Of a DNA stretch of 59,799 nt, positions 46,439 to 55,405 are shown in pieces. A program made the translations under genes and the position numbers. Position 1 is the stretch's first letter. Each line of letters starts with the position of its first letter. Below the pieces are notes generated by a model that searched no databases, had not been told where the DNA came from, and worked only from the letters and a program-made list of their open reading frames with translations. This stretch comes from an uncultured Lentisphaerales bacterium (GTDB taxonomy: Bacteria > Verrucomicrobiota > Kiritimatiellia > RFP12 > UBA3636), in NCBI GenBank assembly GCA_964553035.1, contig CAZKJH010000002.1, positions 1,193-60,991 of the forward strand. The letters are read 5' to 3'.

Positions 46439-48040
46439 TTAAACTAGGCTTAACGCGACGGCTTCAGCAACGCTAATGCCGTCGACGGCAGAGGAGAGGA
46501 TACCGCCCGCATACCCTGCGCCTTCACCTGTGGGATAAAATCCTTTGGTGCTAATGCTCTGGAGATCGTCGGAGTTACGTTTAATGCAGATCGGGGAGGA
46601 CGTGCGTGACTCCACTGCCGTGAGCATAGCATCGGGTAAATTGAAGCCTTTGATTTGCTTGGCAAAAGCGGGAATAGCCTCGCGAATGGCCTCGACCGCA
46701 TAGTCGGGCAAGGCATTGCTGAGATCGCTGAGTTTAACGCCAGGGGTGTAGGAGGGTTGCACGGTACCCAGTAGCGCGGAAGGTCGATCTGCAAGGAAAT
46801 CTTTGACCCGTTGCACTGGTGCAAAATAATTTTCACCTCCAAGCTCAAAAGCCCGTGACTCCCAAAACCGTTGAAACGCGACACCGCCCAAGGGTCCATC
46901 GGGAAAATCTTCTGGCGAAACACCCACCACAAGCGCACTGTTGGCATTCAACTCATTGCGTGAATATTGGCTCATGCCATTGGTCACCACACCCCCCACT
47001 TCCGAAGCCGAGGCCACTACCACTCCTCCAGGACACATGCAAAAACTATAAACGGAACGACCGTTGCTGGCATGATGAACGAGTTTGTAGTCGGCAGCAC
47101 CGAGTAACGGATGACCCGCGTCTTTTCCGTGGCGCCCTTGATCGATAAGTGCTTGCGGATGTTCGATGCGGAAGCCAATGGAAAAAGGTTTCGGCTCGAT
47201 ATAAACTCCACGACGCAGCAGCATTTCGAATGTGTCGCGAGCACTATGTCCGATGGCCGCAATCAGATGATTGGTAGCGATGCGCTCGCCGCTCGCTAAC
47301 ACGATGCCACGGACTTGTCCGTCCTCAATCTCGACGTCGTCAACCCGACTTTGAAAGCGTACCTCACCCCCTAATTTCAAAATCTCGGCGCGCATCTTTT
47401 CAACGATCCCCATTAGCTTATAGGTGCCGATATGTGGCTTGCTAACAAACATGATTTCAGGGGGAGCACCTGCTTTGATCAGTTCTGCAAGAACCTTCCG
47501 ACCGTAATGCTTACGATCTTTAATCTGAGAATGCAACTTGCCATCCGAAAATGTTCCCGCACCGCCTTCACCGAACTGAACATTGGACTCTGGATCAAGA
47601 ATCCCTTTTCGCCAAAAATCAAAGGTGTCTTTGGCTCGCTCCTTCACGGCTTTACCGCGCTCCAAAATAATAGGACGGAAACCAGACTGCGCCAAGATGA
47701 GACCCGCAAAGAGACCTGCTGGCCCCATCCCGATGATGACGGGTCGCGGAGCGAGTATCTTTTCTGGGGCACGGGCCACAAAATGGTAAGACATATCCGG
47801 AGCTGGTTTCAGCCGCGGGTTGTTCTTAAATTTCGTTAAAAGCCTGTCCTCATCTGCGCCTTCAAAATCAACCGTGTAGACAAAGACGATAGCATGAGAC
47901 TTCCGCGCATCAACGCCTCGCCGAAAAATAGTATAGGTAAGGGGAACTTTTTCCGGAATGCCAAGCGATCGGTTGATTGCAAGACGGAGATCTGCCTCGC
48001 TGTGGTCAAAAGGGAGTTTTACTTCTGTTAATCTAAGCAT
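46439..48040 (-). CDS. NAD(P)/FAD-dependent oxidoreductase (COG2509-like)
   Basis: IGMGPAGLFA, QFGEGGAGTFSDGKL, KPHIGT, SFCMCPGG, GEGAGYAGGI. Confidence 0.92.
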   Translation of the reverse strand: MLRLTEVKLPFDHSEADLRLAINRSLGIPEKVPLTYTIFRRGVDARKSHAIVFVYTVDFEGADEDRLLTKFKNNPRLKPAPDMSYHFVARAPEKILAPRPVIIGMGPAGLFAGLILAQSGFRPIILERGKAVKERAKDTFDFWRKGILDPESNVQFGEGGAGTFSDGKLHSQIKDRKHYGRKVLAELIKAGAPPEIMFVSKPHIGTYKLMGIVEKMRAEILKLGGEVRFQSRVDDVEIEDGQVRGIVLASGERIATNHLIAAIGHSARDTFEMLLRRGVYIEPKPFSIGFRIEHPQALIDQGRHGKDAGHPLLGAADYKLVHHASNGRSVYSFCMCPGGVVVASASEVGGVVTNGMSQYSRNELNANSALVVGVSPEDFPDGPLGGVAFQRFWESRAFELGGENYFAPVQRVKDFLADRPSALLGTVQPSYTPGVKLSDLSNALPDYAVEAIREAIPAFAKQIKGFNLPDAMLTAVESRTSSPICIKRNSDDLQSISTKGFYPTGEGAGYAGGILSSAVDGISVAEAVALSLV

Positions 48041-48184
48041 AAAATGGGTCGAGTTTGTTTATTAGGCTTCACGGTGCAGATGCAACGAAGCGCGTTTCTT
48101 TCAAGAATGTGGATGCAGTGCATGATACCATTACGGCAACGTAAAAACCACCGTAGGTTTGATATCCGTGGGTTTGATATCGCG

Positions 48185-50032
48185 CTAGCGTGCGGCACTG
48201 ATTTCGCGCTGGTAAGCTTCGATGACATCGTTGTGTGAAACGATGCCGATCACTCGGTATTGATCAAATTTTGAAACCACAACTAAGCCATCAACATCCT
48301 CGGTATCAAGATTGTTGAGAACCGACTGCAGGGTGTCGGTCTCGGTGGCCTGAACGTGGTCACCCAATTGGAGATCTTCAACCATGAGCGTTTGCTGCAA
48401 CATCGGATCGGAGATCATAACCGATGCCAGATCGCGTCGAGTCACGATGCCGACCAGCATGCCGGTGTCGGATACAACGGGGAAAACGGCTTGCACGCCT
48501 TCTACCATCCAATCAACAAGTTGTGAAAGCGGAGCTTGGGGCGAAACGGTTTTGAAAGTACCGATAGCTGCTTGACCTTCAAGCAGATCCTTGACTGTAA
48601 CGTTATTTAAGACTCCTGCAATCATACTCCCACGGTGTACGGGTGCCTCAAAACGATTGGGGAGTTGACTGCGGTACAGCGAAACTTTGCGAGAGAGCAT
48701 ATAGGCAATGATGCAAACCCACATCGCTGGCACCAGCAGGTTGAAGTTGCCTGTCATTTCGCTAACCATAAGAATCGTGCTGATCGGCGTCTTGGCAGCG
48801 CAACCGAAGAATGCCACCATACCAACGAGAGTAAAAGACCCAACCGGTACATCCCACTCTGGAAACATGAGCGAAAACACGATACCAACAGCACCGCCCA
48901 GCGCACCACCCACCACGATAGCTGGGCCGAAAATGCCGCCTGAGCCCCCAGAGCCAACAGACAAAGAGGTGGTAAGCGTCTTTAAGAAAAAAACACCCGT
49001 GAGCAACAAAAGCGCCGCTTTCGCGGCACCGGGCTCAAAATTCGAAGTCCACTTCAGAGCATCCTGAATGATGCCATAGCCGGCACCAAGCGCAGGCAGA
49101 AAGAAAAAGCCGACAATGCCCGTCAGAAGGCCGCCGAGGGCTGGTTTTAGAACGTGCGGAATTTTCAGCTTCATAAACTTTTCATGAACTGAGTAGAAGC
49201 ACCACGTATAGAACCGAGCTCCGAAAGCAAGAACTATAGCCAAAACAATGTAAAGCAAAAGCATCCACGGCCGCGAGAAAGAATTCAGCGGCGTATCGAA
49301 CAAAGGATGGAAGCCGAAGATGTGCGAGAAGACGGAATGCCCAGTAACAGAAGCAATGATGGAGGGCACCAGAACCTCATACTCGAGGTCGAGATCGCGA
49401 TAAAGCACCTCCGCTGCAAAGAGTGCGCCAGCCATGGGTGCATGAAACAACGCGCCGACACCGGCCCCCATGCCTGCAGCCATCAGTACGCGACGCTGAG
49501 ACACAGGCAACTTGAGAGCCGTTGCAAGCATCGATCCGAATCCTGAACCGATCTGGGTGATCGGCCCTTCGCAACCAGCGGAGCCACCCGAGCCGATCAG
49601 AAGGACTGTCGCGATTGCCTTCACGGGAGGGACAACAGGACGAACCTTACCACCACGGAAATGATAGGCTTCAATAGCGGCATCTGTTCCATGACCTTCA
49701 GCCTCTGGTGCGAACCTTAAAACGATGATGCTCGAAACAAGCGCACCTAGCATGGGCAAAAATAGAAGAATCCAGCGTCGAGGCTCCCCAATTATTTCGG
49801 GAAGATTTTTGAACATTTCAGGTTGGCCACCGGGCACGCTCGGCGTATAGTGCGCAAGCTTTCCAAGAAAGAACCACTCCCCCACTTGCAACATCGAGAC
49901 AAGAAGCACCGCACCAAGCCCTGCGGCAGCTCCGACAAGTGCGCTGAGCACGAGCGTCCGAGCAATGCCGACACCCTCTTCTGGGCTCGATTCGGAAATT
50001 TTCTTCACCCATCCTGAAAATTTGACCTTCAC
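48185..50032 (-). CDS. CLC chloride channel/antiporter with CBS domains
   Basis: GHGTD, GSAGCEGP, GGIFGP, SEMTG; C-terminal CBS pair. Confidence 0.93.
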   Translation of the reverse strand: MKVKFSGWVKKISESSPEEGVGIARTLVLSALVGAAAGLGAVLLVSMLQVGEWFFLGKLAHYTPSVPGGQPEMFKNLPEIIGEPRRWILLFLPMLGALVSSIIVLRFAPEAEGHGTDAAIEAYHFRGGKVRPVVPPVKAIATVLLIGSGGSAGCEGPITQIGSGFGSMLATALKLPVSQRRVLMAAGMGAGVGALFHAPMAGALFAAEVLYRDLDLEYEVLVPSIIASVTGHSVFSHIFGFHPLFDTPLNSFSRPWMLLLYIVLAIVLAFGARFYTWCFYSVHEKFMKLKIPHVLKPALGGLLTGIVGFFFLPALGAGYGIIQDALKWTSNFEPGAAKAALLLLTGVFFLKTLTTSLSVGSGGSGGIFGPAIVVGGALGGAVGIVFSLMFPEWDVPVGSFTLVGMVAFFGCAAKTPISTILMVSEMTGNFNLLVPAMWVCIIAYMLSRKVSLYRSQLPNRFEAPVHRGSMIAGVLNNVTVKDLLEGQAAIGTFKTVSPQAPLSQLVDWMVEGVQAVFPVVSDTGMLVGIVTRRDLASVMISDPMLQQTLMVEDLQLGDHVQATETDTLQSVLNNLDTEDVDGLVVVSKFDQYRVIGIVSHNDVIEAYQREISAAR

Positions 50033-50742
50033 GTTGTCGCCATCTCCTTCAAAAGTTTTGTCGCCGCCTCAGACTGGGCTGCGCGCTTCGTTCCGCCTAT
50101 GCCTTCGGCTTCAAGATTATCACCTATCGAGACACGCACCCGAAAGCTACTGCAATGCTTAGGCCCAGTTTCCTCAAGCGTCTCATAAACAGGATCTACG
50201 AGGTAATCCTTCTGAGCAATGCTTTGCAAATGCCCTTTGGGATTGTCGTTCCACGGATCCTCTTTGAGTTCAGAAAGCTCCTCTGCAAAAAGATTGTCGA
50301 AGACGTTGGATACGGCTTCGATCCCACCATCAAGATAAATAGCACCGAGAAGCGCCTCGAACACATCGGCGAGATTCGAGTCACGATTCTGTCCACCCGT
50401 CGTCCGCTCTCCGTTCCCAAGCAGCAGGGCATCGCCTAGGTGCAGGCTACGCGCTTTACTGGCTAGAGCCATACCGCTCGCCACGGAGGCGCGCAGCACG
50501 GTCAGCATGCCTTCGGGATGCTCAGCATAGCCACGAAAGACGCGGTCGGCGAGTAGAAATCCCAAAACGGAATCTCCGAGAAACTCAAGCCGCTGGTTAT
50601 CCGTCTCGGTGTTGTTCTCGAATCGATACGACCGGTGGGTCAATGCCGACTCTAGTAGAGCTGGGCTTTTAAATTCGTAACCCAGCGATTTTTGCAGTTC
50701 TAACCGTGTCTTCATCAGCAGTTCAGTCGATGTCGTTGCCAT
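50029..50742 (-). CDS. rnc: Ribonuclease III
   Basis: ALTHRS, NQRLEFLGDSVL, ADVFEALLGAIYLD, dsRBD. Start reassigned to ATG 50742. Confidence 0.96.
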   Translation of the reverse strand: MATTSTELLMKTRLELQKSLGYEFKSPALLESALTHRSYRFENNTETDNQRLEFLGDSVLGFLLADRVFRGYAEHPEGMLTVLRASVASGMALASKARSLHLGDALLLGNGERTTGGQNRDSNLADVFEALLGAIYLDGGIEAVSNVFDNLFAEELSELKEDPWNDNPKGHLQSIAQKDYLVDPVYETLEETGPKHCSSFRVRVSIGDNLEAEGIGGTKRAAQSEAATKLLKEMATT

Positions 50743-50746
50743 TGTT

Positions 50747-51649
50747 TTATGCCCGGGGATGAAACTCCGTGTGAATTCCACGCAATCTCGCAGAATCAAC
50801 ATGGGTGTAAATCTGCGTCGTGCCGATGTCGGCATGGCCCAGCATTTCTTGGATAATTCTCACTGGGGCACCGTTCGCAAGAAGATGCGAGGCAAATGAA
50901 TGCCGTAGCCAATGTGGTGATACGCCATCATTCATCCCTGCTTTCTTAGCATATCGCTTGACGAGTGCCCAAATACCTTCTCTCGAAAAACCTTCACCAA
51001 ACTTGTTCAAGAAGACATGCTGCTCAGATGCCACTGAGTTGTACTTCGGACGTGATTCCGCCAGATACCGCCGCACTGCCGCTTCGGACGTCGAGCCCAT
51101 CGGCACTAGCCGCACCTTCGAGCCTTTGCCCAGACATTTTACGAGTGCTTCTTCAAAGCGAAGTGAATCGAGAGGTAGGTCTACTAATTCAGAGACGCGA
51201 AGCCCACAGGCGTAGAAAAGCTCCAAGATCGCGCGATCACGCAAGCCATCGCGCGTCCCCTCGGGCGGCGAAGTCAGGAGCGAGATGATATCCTTCTCGC
51301 TCAGCACATGTGGCAATGTCCTGCCGCGGCGTCCCGCCGTAATCGGAGCCGCGATGTCAACATCAATAAAATTCTCCGACCGCAAATAGGCGAAAAATAC
51401 CTTGATCGAAACAAGCCGACGAGCCAGAGTAGCATCCGTTAGTCCAGCATGGCGTCCCTCTTCCTGAAAGGAAAGGATATTATCCGTTGTGACATCACGT
51501 ACCGAAAGACCCGACGCATGTAATCTGCCATGTCTGCCAAGAAATTGAGAAAGACGCAATAAGTCTGACTCATATGCTGAGCGGGTGTTTTTAGAAAGCC
51601 CCCGCTCAAAAGCAATGTAGTCGATGAATTGACTAATCTCCTTGGACAC
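50747..51649 (-). CDS. xerD: Site-specific tyrosine recombinase XerD
   Basis: ERGLSKNT..AYESDL, RDRAILELFYACGLRVSEL, GKGSKVRLVP, SPHWLRHSFASHLL, LGHADIGTTQIYTHV. GTG start 51649. Confidence 0.9.
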   Translation of the reverse strand: MSKEISQFIDYIAFERGLSKNTRSAYESDLLRLSQFLGRHGRLHASGLSVRDVTTDNILSFQEEGRHAGLTDATLARRLVSIKVFFAYLRSENFIDVDIAAPITAGRRGRTLPHVLSEKDIISLLTSPPEGTRDGLRDRAILELFYACGLRVSELVDLPLDSLRFEEALVKCLGKGSKVRLVPMGSTSEAAVRRYLAESRPKYNSVASEQHVFLNKFGEGFSREGIWALVKRYAKKAGMNDGVSPHWLRHSFASHLLANGAPVRIIQEMLGHADIGTTQIYTHVDSARLRGIHTEFHPRA

Positions 51650-51983
51650 CGCATTCCGGGGGCAACTTGGCCGCCGCTTCCTTGTTTGCAGGGAAAGGCC
51701 CTGCAGCAAAACCCGCTTGCGCAATGGTATCTTCGAGATTTTTCGTTCCGACCTTCATGGAATCATAGCGAACCACGATTGAACCTGTTGAATAGTCAAT
51801 CGACTCGATTTTTAGTATATCGCTACCCGGCAAACTCATGAGTGCCGCAGCAACAATGTTGGAACAAGCCGTATTGCGCACACCAGGAGCCACCAGCGTC
51901 GCCACTTTCGTGTCGCTAACCCGACATCCAGAAAGGACTAAGGCTGCTAAAAGAGCCAAGATAAAAAGCGTGGAATGTTTCAT
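51633..51983 (-). CDS. Lipoprotein with HMA-like (ferredoxin-fold) domain
   Basis: LSGC lipobox; PGVRNTACSNIV..AL..LPG, V.YD, I..AGF pattern. Confidence 0.65.
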   Translation of the reverse strand: MKHSTLFILALLAALVLSGCRVSDTKVATLVAPGVRNTACSNIVAAALMSLPGSDILKIESIDYSTGSIVVRYDSMKVGTKNLEDTIAQAGFAAGPFPANKEAAAKLPPECGVQGD

Positions 51984-52047
51984 GTCGGGCTATTATACAT
52001 TTCATGTCCTTCAAATTCAAGAAAGGAAAACAAAAAATTCAATCGAA

Positions 52048-52140
52048 GACCGAGATTGTCCTGGCTACGTTCTTGTCAGTTGCAGAGTAGCCCCGACAAT
52101 CCTGTCGGGGACGAAACCGAGACAGGATTGTCTCGGCTAC
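52048..52140. repeat. Cluster of three GTAG-family REP elements
   Basis: GTAGCCCCGACAATCCTGTCGGGG (+, 52087-52110), GTAGCCGAGACAATCCTGTCTCGG (-, 52117-52140) and degenerate GTAGCCAGGACAATCTCGGTC (-, 52048-52068). Confidence 0.85.
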
Positions 52141-52161
52141 CTTCCGCTTAATCCATCCACC

Positions 52162-53268
52162 CTACATCCACTTCCGCTTACGGAAGAAGACAACCATGGC
52201 AGCCGAGATGGAAATCATCACGATCCACGTGGCAAGGTAGCCATGCTGCCACTCGAGCTCTGGCATATTCCTGAAGTTCATCCCGTAAACCCCCACAATG
52301 AAAGTCAACGGAATGAAAAAAGCCGATAAGACCGTCAGCACACGCATGATGTCATTCATGCGGTTCCCATTACTCGTGAGATAGGTGTCGAGCGCACTCG
52401 CCATACTCTCCTCCATCGTCTCAATGCTGTAGATTACTTGCTCCACATGTTCCGTTGCATCACGGAGGCAAAGTTGCGTCCCCGCGCCGAAGAGGCTCCC
52501 TTCGGAATGTTTCATGCCCAATACTACGGAACGAAGCGGAAAGAGACTTCGCTTTAAAATAATCATGTTGCGACGCATCTGGTGCATTTCACCAAGAAAA
52601 CGCTGATCAGGATTATCGAGCACAGTGTCTTGGATCATATCGATTGACTCTGCAACACTTTCAAGCAAAACAAGATAACTGTCGATCACGGTGTCCACAA
52701 TTCGATACGCTATATAGTCTTCCTGAAAACTCCGGATGATTCCCGCTCCAGTCCGGATCCGTTCACGAATAGGTTCTAACACATCGACGTGTCGTGGTTT
52801 GTCACTTGGTGCAGGTTCCAACGTCTCTTGGAACGTCACCACAACAAACTTATTCAACACGATACTGAGTTGATCGAATCCTATCAATCCTGAAGTCTCC
52901 GCTTTTAGTGTCCGGAGCACAATATGCATATTATTCCCGTAATCTTCTACGCGCGGACGCTGATCGGTCGTTGCAATATCCTCGACCGCCAACGCATTCA
53001 AGCCCAGAACCTCACCCAGCACTTTGAGAAGGTTTATGTCGCGGACACCAAAGACGTTGATCCAGCGCACAACCGTATCGGAATAGTCAATTTTGCGAAG
53101 CTCATCGGGTGTTGAAATTTCGCGCTGCGTAAAAGTCTCCGGTGTGAATTCCAAGATCATCACCCGCGCCTTATCCATCTCTGGACGCTCCGAAGGCGGC
53201 AGATAACCAGGGGCTTGACCCACCTTCTGACTCCTCGTACGTTTTCTCCGTGATGATATGCTTGCCAT
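52162..53268 (-). CDS. corA: Magnesium/cobalt transporter CorA
   Basis: WINVFG, EDIATTDQRPRVE, PLTFIVGVYGMNF, MPEL. Confidence 0.95.
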   Translation of the reverse strand: MASISSRRKRTRSQKVGQAPGYLPPSERPEMDKARVMILEFTPETFTQREISTPDELRKIDYSDTVVRWINVFGVRDINLLKVLGEVLGLNALAVEDIATTDQRPRVEDYGNNMHIVLRTLKAETSGLIGFDQLSIVLNKFVVVTFQETLEPAPSDKPRHVDVLEPIRERIRTGAGIIRSFQEDYIAYRIVDTVIDSYLVLLESVAESIDMIQDTVLDNPDQRFLGEMHQMRRNMIILKRSLFPLRSVVLGMKHSEGSLFGAGTQLCLRDATEHVEQVIYSIETMEESMASALDTYLTSNGNRMNDIMRVLTVLSAFFIPLTFIVGVYGMNFRNMPELEWQHGYLATWIVMISISAAMVVFFRKRKWM

Positions 53269-53445
53269 GTCGATCTCCTCTTGTATTGTTGCGAGAATTG
53301 TACACCAAGCGGATCATGCTCGCAAGATACGATAACGCTATTGCAAAATGAAAGACGAATTGCTATACTCCAAGCCTATCTAAGCGCACTTACCCATGTT
53401 CGCATCGAAGGCAGCCCAGAGACAATTTTCTTCAGGATACTACCC

Positions 53446-54342
53446 ATGAAATACGACAAAAACAACGCACTTCTTGAAAGCTCGATTCCCGAACTCCAGC
53501 CCCCAATACGAGGCAAAGTGCGCGATGTGTACGATCTCGGCGACTCCCTCCTCTTTGTTGCCACTGACCGCATCAGCGCGTTTGACTGCGTCATGCCAAA
53601 TGGCATCCCCGATAAAGGGCGCGTGCTCACACAACTGAGTCTTTTTTGGTTTGAGTTTTTCCGTGGCATCCCAAACCATCTCATTACCGCAAATGTCCTA
53701 AAATACCCAGAAATTCTCGCTAAATATCGTACAGATCTCGATGGCCGTTCGATGATTGTCAAAAAGCTCAGCATGGCCTCCGCCGAATGCATTGCGCGCG
53801 GATATCTCGTGGGAACCGGCTGGACTGAATACAGCAAAAAGGGAACCGTCTGCGGACAGAAGATTCGGGCTGGATACGAGAAAGCTGCGAAGCTCGATAA
53901 GCCACTGTTCACGCCGTCCATGAAAGCCGAGCTTGGTCAGCACGATGAGAACATCACGATCAAAGCTCTTGAAAAACGCGTCGGAAAAGATATGGCCGAC
54001 AATCTCGGCAAATACACGCTGGAACTTTACACGAAGGCCGCCGAATACGCCGCAACCAAGGGTGTCATCATTGCCGACACCAAGTTCGAATTCGGAACCG
54101 ATGCCGACGGAACCCTCGTCCTCGGAGATGAAGTTCTCACACCAGACTCTTCGCGCTTCTGGCCTGCGAAAGAATACAAGACGGGCTCAAATCCGCCAAG
54201 TCTCGATAAACAATTTGTACGCGATTGGCTTGACAGCGTTAACTTCAACCACAATCCGCCCGCACCAATTCTGCCCGACGACATCGTCACCAAAACGCGC
54301 GAGCGCTACTTGGAAGCCCTGCGCATTCTGACCGGCAAATAG
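53446..54342 (+). CDS. purC: Phosphoribosylaminoimidazolesuccinocarboxamide synthase
   Basis: GKVRDVY, ATDRISAFD, ECIARGY, ADTKFEFG, DEVLTPDSSRFW, DKQFVRDWL. Start ATG 53446. Confidence 0.96.
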   Translation: MKYDKNNALLESSIPELQPPIRGKVRDVYDLGDSLLFVATDRISAFDCVMPNGIPDKGRVLTQLSLFWFEFFRGIPNHLITANVLKYPEILAKYRTDLDGRSMIVKKLSMASAECIARGYLVGTGWTEYSKKGTVCGQKIRAGYEKAAKLDKPLFTPSMKAELGQHDENITIKALEKRVGKDMADNLGKYTLELYTKAAEYAATKGVIIADTKFEFGTDADGTLVLGDEVLTPDSSRFWPAKEYKTGSNPPSLDKQFVRDWLDSVNFNHNPPAPILPDDIVTKTRERYLEALRILTGK

Positions 54343-54358
54343 CCGCACGGCCAAGCCC

Positions 54359-55405
54359 ATGCTGGCCTACTTTATCAGACGCATCCTCTTGGTGATTCCG
54401 ACATTCCTCGGAATTACCCTTGTTTGCTTCGCGTTGACGCAGTTCGTCCCGGGCGGCCCTGTTGAACAACGTATCCTCGCGATGCGCGGCATGGCCAGCG
54501 AGGGCGGAGGCGGCGCTACCACGACCGCTGCCAAGGGTCCATCAAATGTAACGGAACAGACGCGAAAAGATCTGATTAAATACTATGGGTTTGATCAACC
54601 GCTTCACGTCCGTTATAAACACTGGCTCATCGACAACCGTCTCGGTATGTCAATGAAATCTTACCAGTTCACAGACAAGACCGCTTGGCAGTTGATCGCC
54701 TCACGGATTCCAGTGTCGCTGTGGTTTGGCATCACAGGATTCATCCTCAGTTATTTGATCTGCATTCCTCTCGGCATTGCAAAAGCACTCCGTCACGGCA
54801 CTCGCTTCGACACGCTCTCATCCATCGTTGTCTTTATCGGATATGCCATTCCCGCCTTTGCGCTCGGCATGGTGCTCAAAATGCTACTCTGCGGCACCGT
54901 CGATTCGCTCTGGGATTTCTTTCCGCTCGGCGGCTTCGCCTCGCAAAATGTCGAAACAATGCCATCGTTCTCGCAGTTCATCGACCGAATCTGGCACATG
55001 GTGCTTCCAGTCTCATGCTACGTGGCGGGCAACTTCGCCCTGCTTACCTTGCTGATGAAGAACTCATTGCTTGATCAAATGAGCAGTGACTACATCCGTA
55101 CCGTTCTAGCCAAAGGGGCGACCCGCAGTCGTGCCGTTTGGCGACACGCCCTCCGCAACGCCCTCATTCCCATCGCTACAGGTTTCGGTGGCATCATGAC
55201 CATCATGTTTGCCGGTTCGGTGATTATCGAAAAAGTTTTTGAAATCCCCGGCATGGGCTTGCTCTCGCTTGAAGCCATTGAAACTCGTGACTATCCTGTG
55301 TTCATGGGCATTCTTGCCCTCACGTCCATCCTCGGTCTTCTCGGACAAATTTTATCCGACTTCTGCTACGTTCTCATCGATCCGCGTATCCGTTTTACGA
55401 AATGA
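54359..55405 (+). CDS. Peptide ABC transporter permease (YejB-like)
   Basis: YFIRRILLVIPTFLGIT, VPGGPVE, PLGIAKA, AKG...HALRNALIP, RDYP, DPRI. Confidence 0.92.
   Translation: MLAYFIRRILLVIPTFLGITLVCFALTQFVPGGPVEQRILAMRGMASEGGGGATTTAAKGPSNVTEQTRKDLIKYYGFDQPLHVRYKHWLIDNRLGMSMKSYQFTDKTAWQLIASRIPVSLWFGITGFILSYLICIPLGIAKALRHGTRFDTLSSIVVFIGYAIPAFALGMVLKMLLCGTVDSLWDFFPLGGFASQNVETMPSFSQFIDRIWHMVLPVSCYVAGNFALLTLLMKNSLLDQMSSDYIRTVLAKGATRSRAVWRHALRNALIPIATGFGGIMTIMFAGSVIIEKVFEIPGMGLLSLEAIETRDYPVFMGILALTSILGLLGQILSDFCYVLIDPRIRFTK

Noticed and set aside
48150-48180. Tandem CCGT(A/G)GGTTTGATAT(C) duplication
   Set aside because: A short local duplication with no evident function.
48185-50032. Fluoride-specific CLC-F or fluoride riboswitch
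   Set aside because: It lacks the GNNLI/GREGT signatures and is internal to an operon with no leader.
50747-51649. Tyrosine recombinase as a prophage or island integrase
   Set aside because: It has XerD-type size and motifs and is embedded among housekeeping genes, with no att repeats or phage genes.
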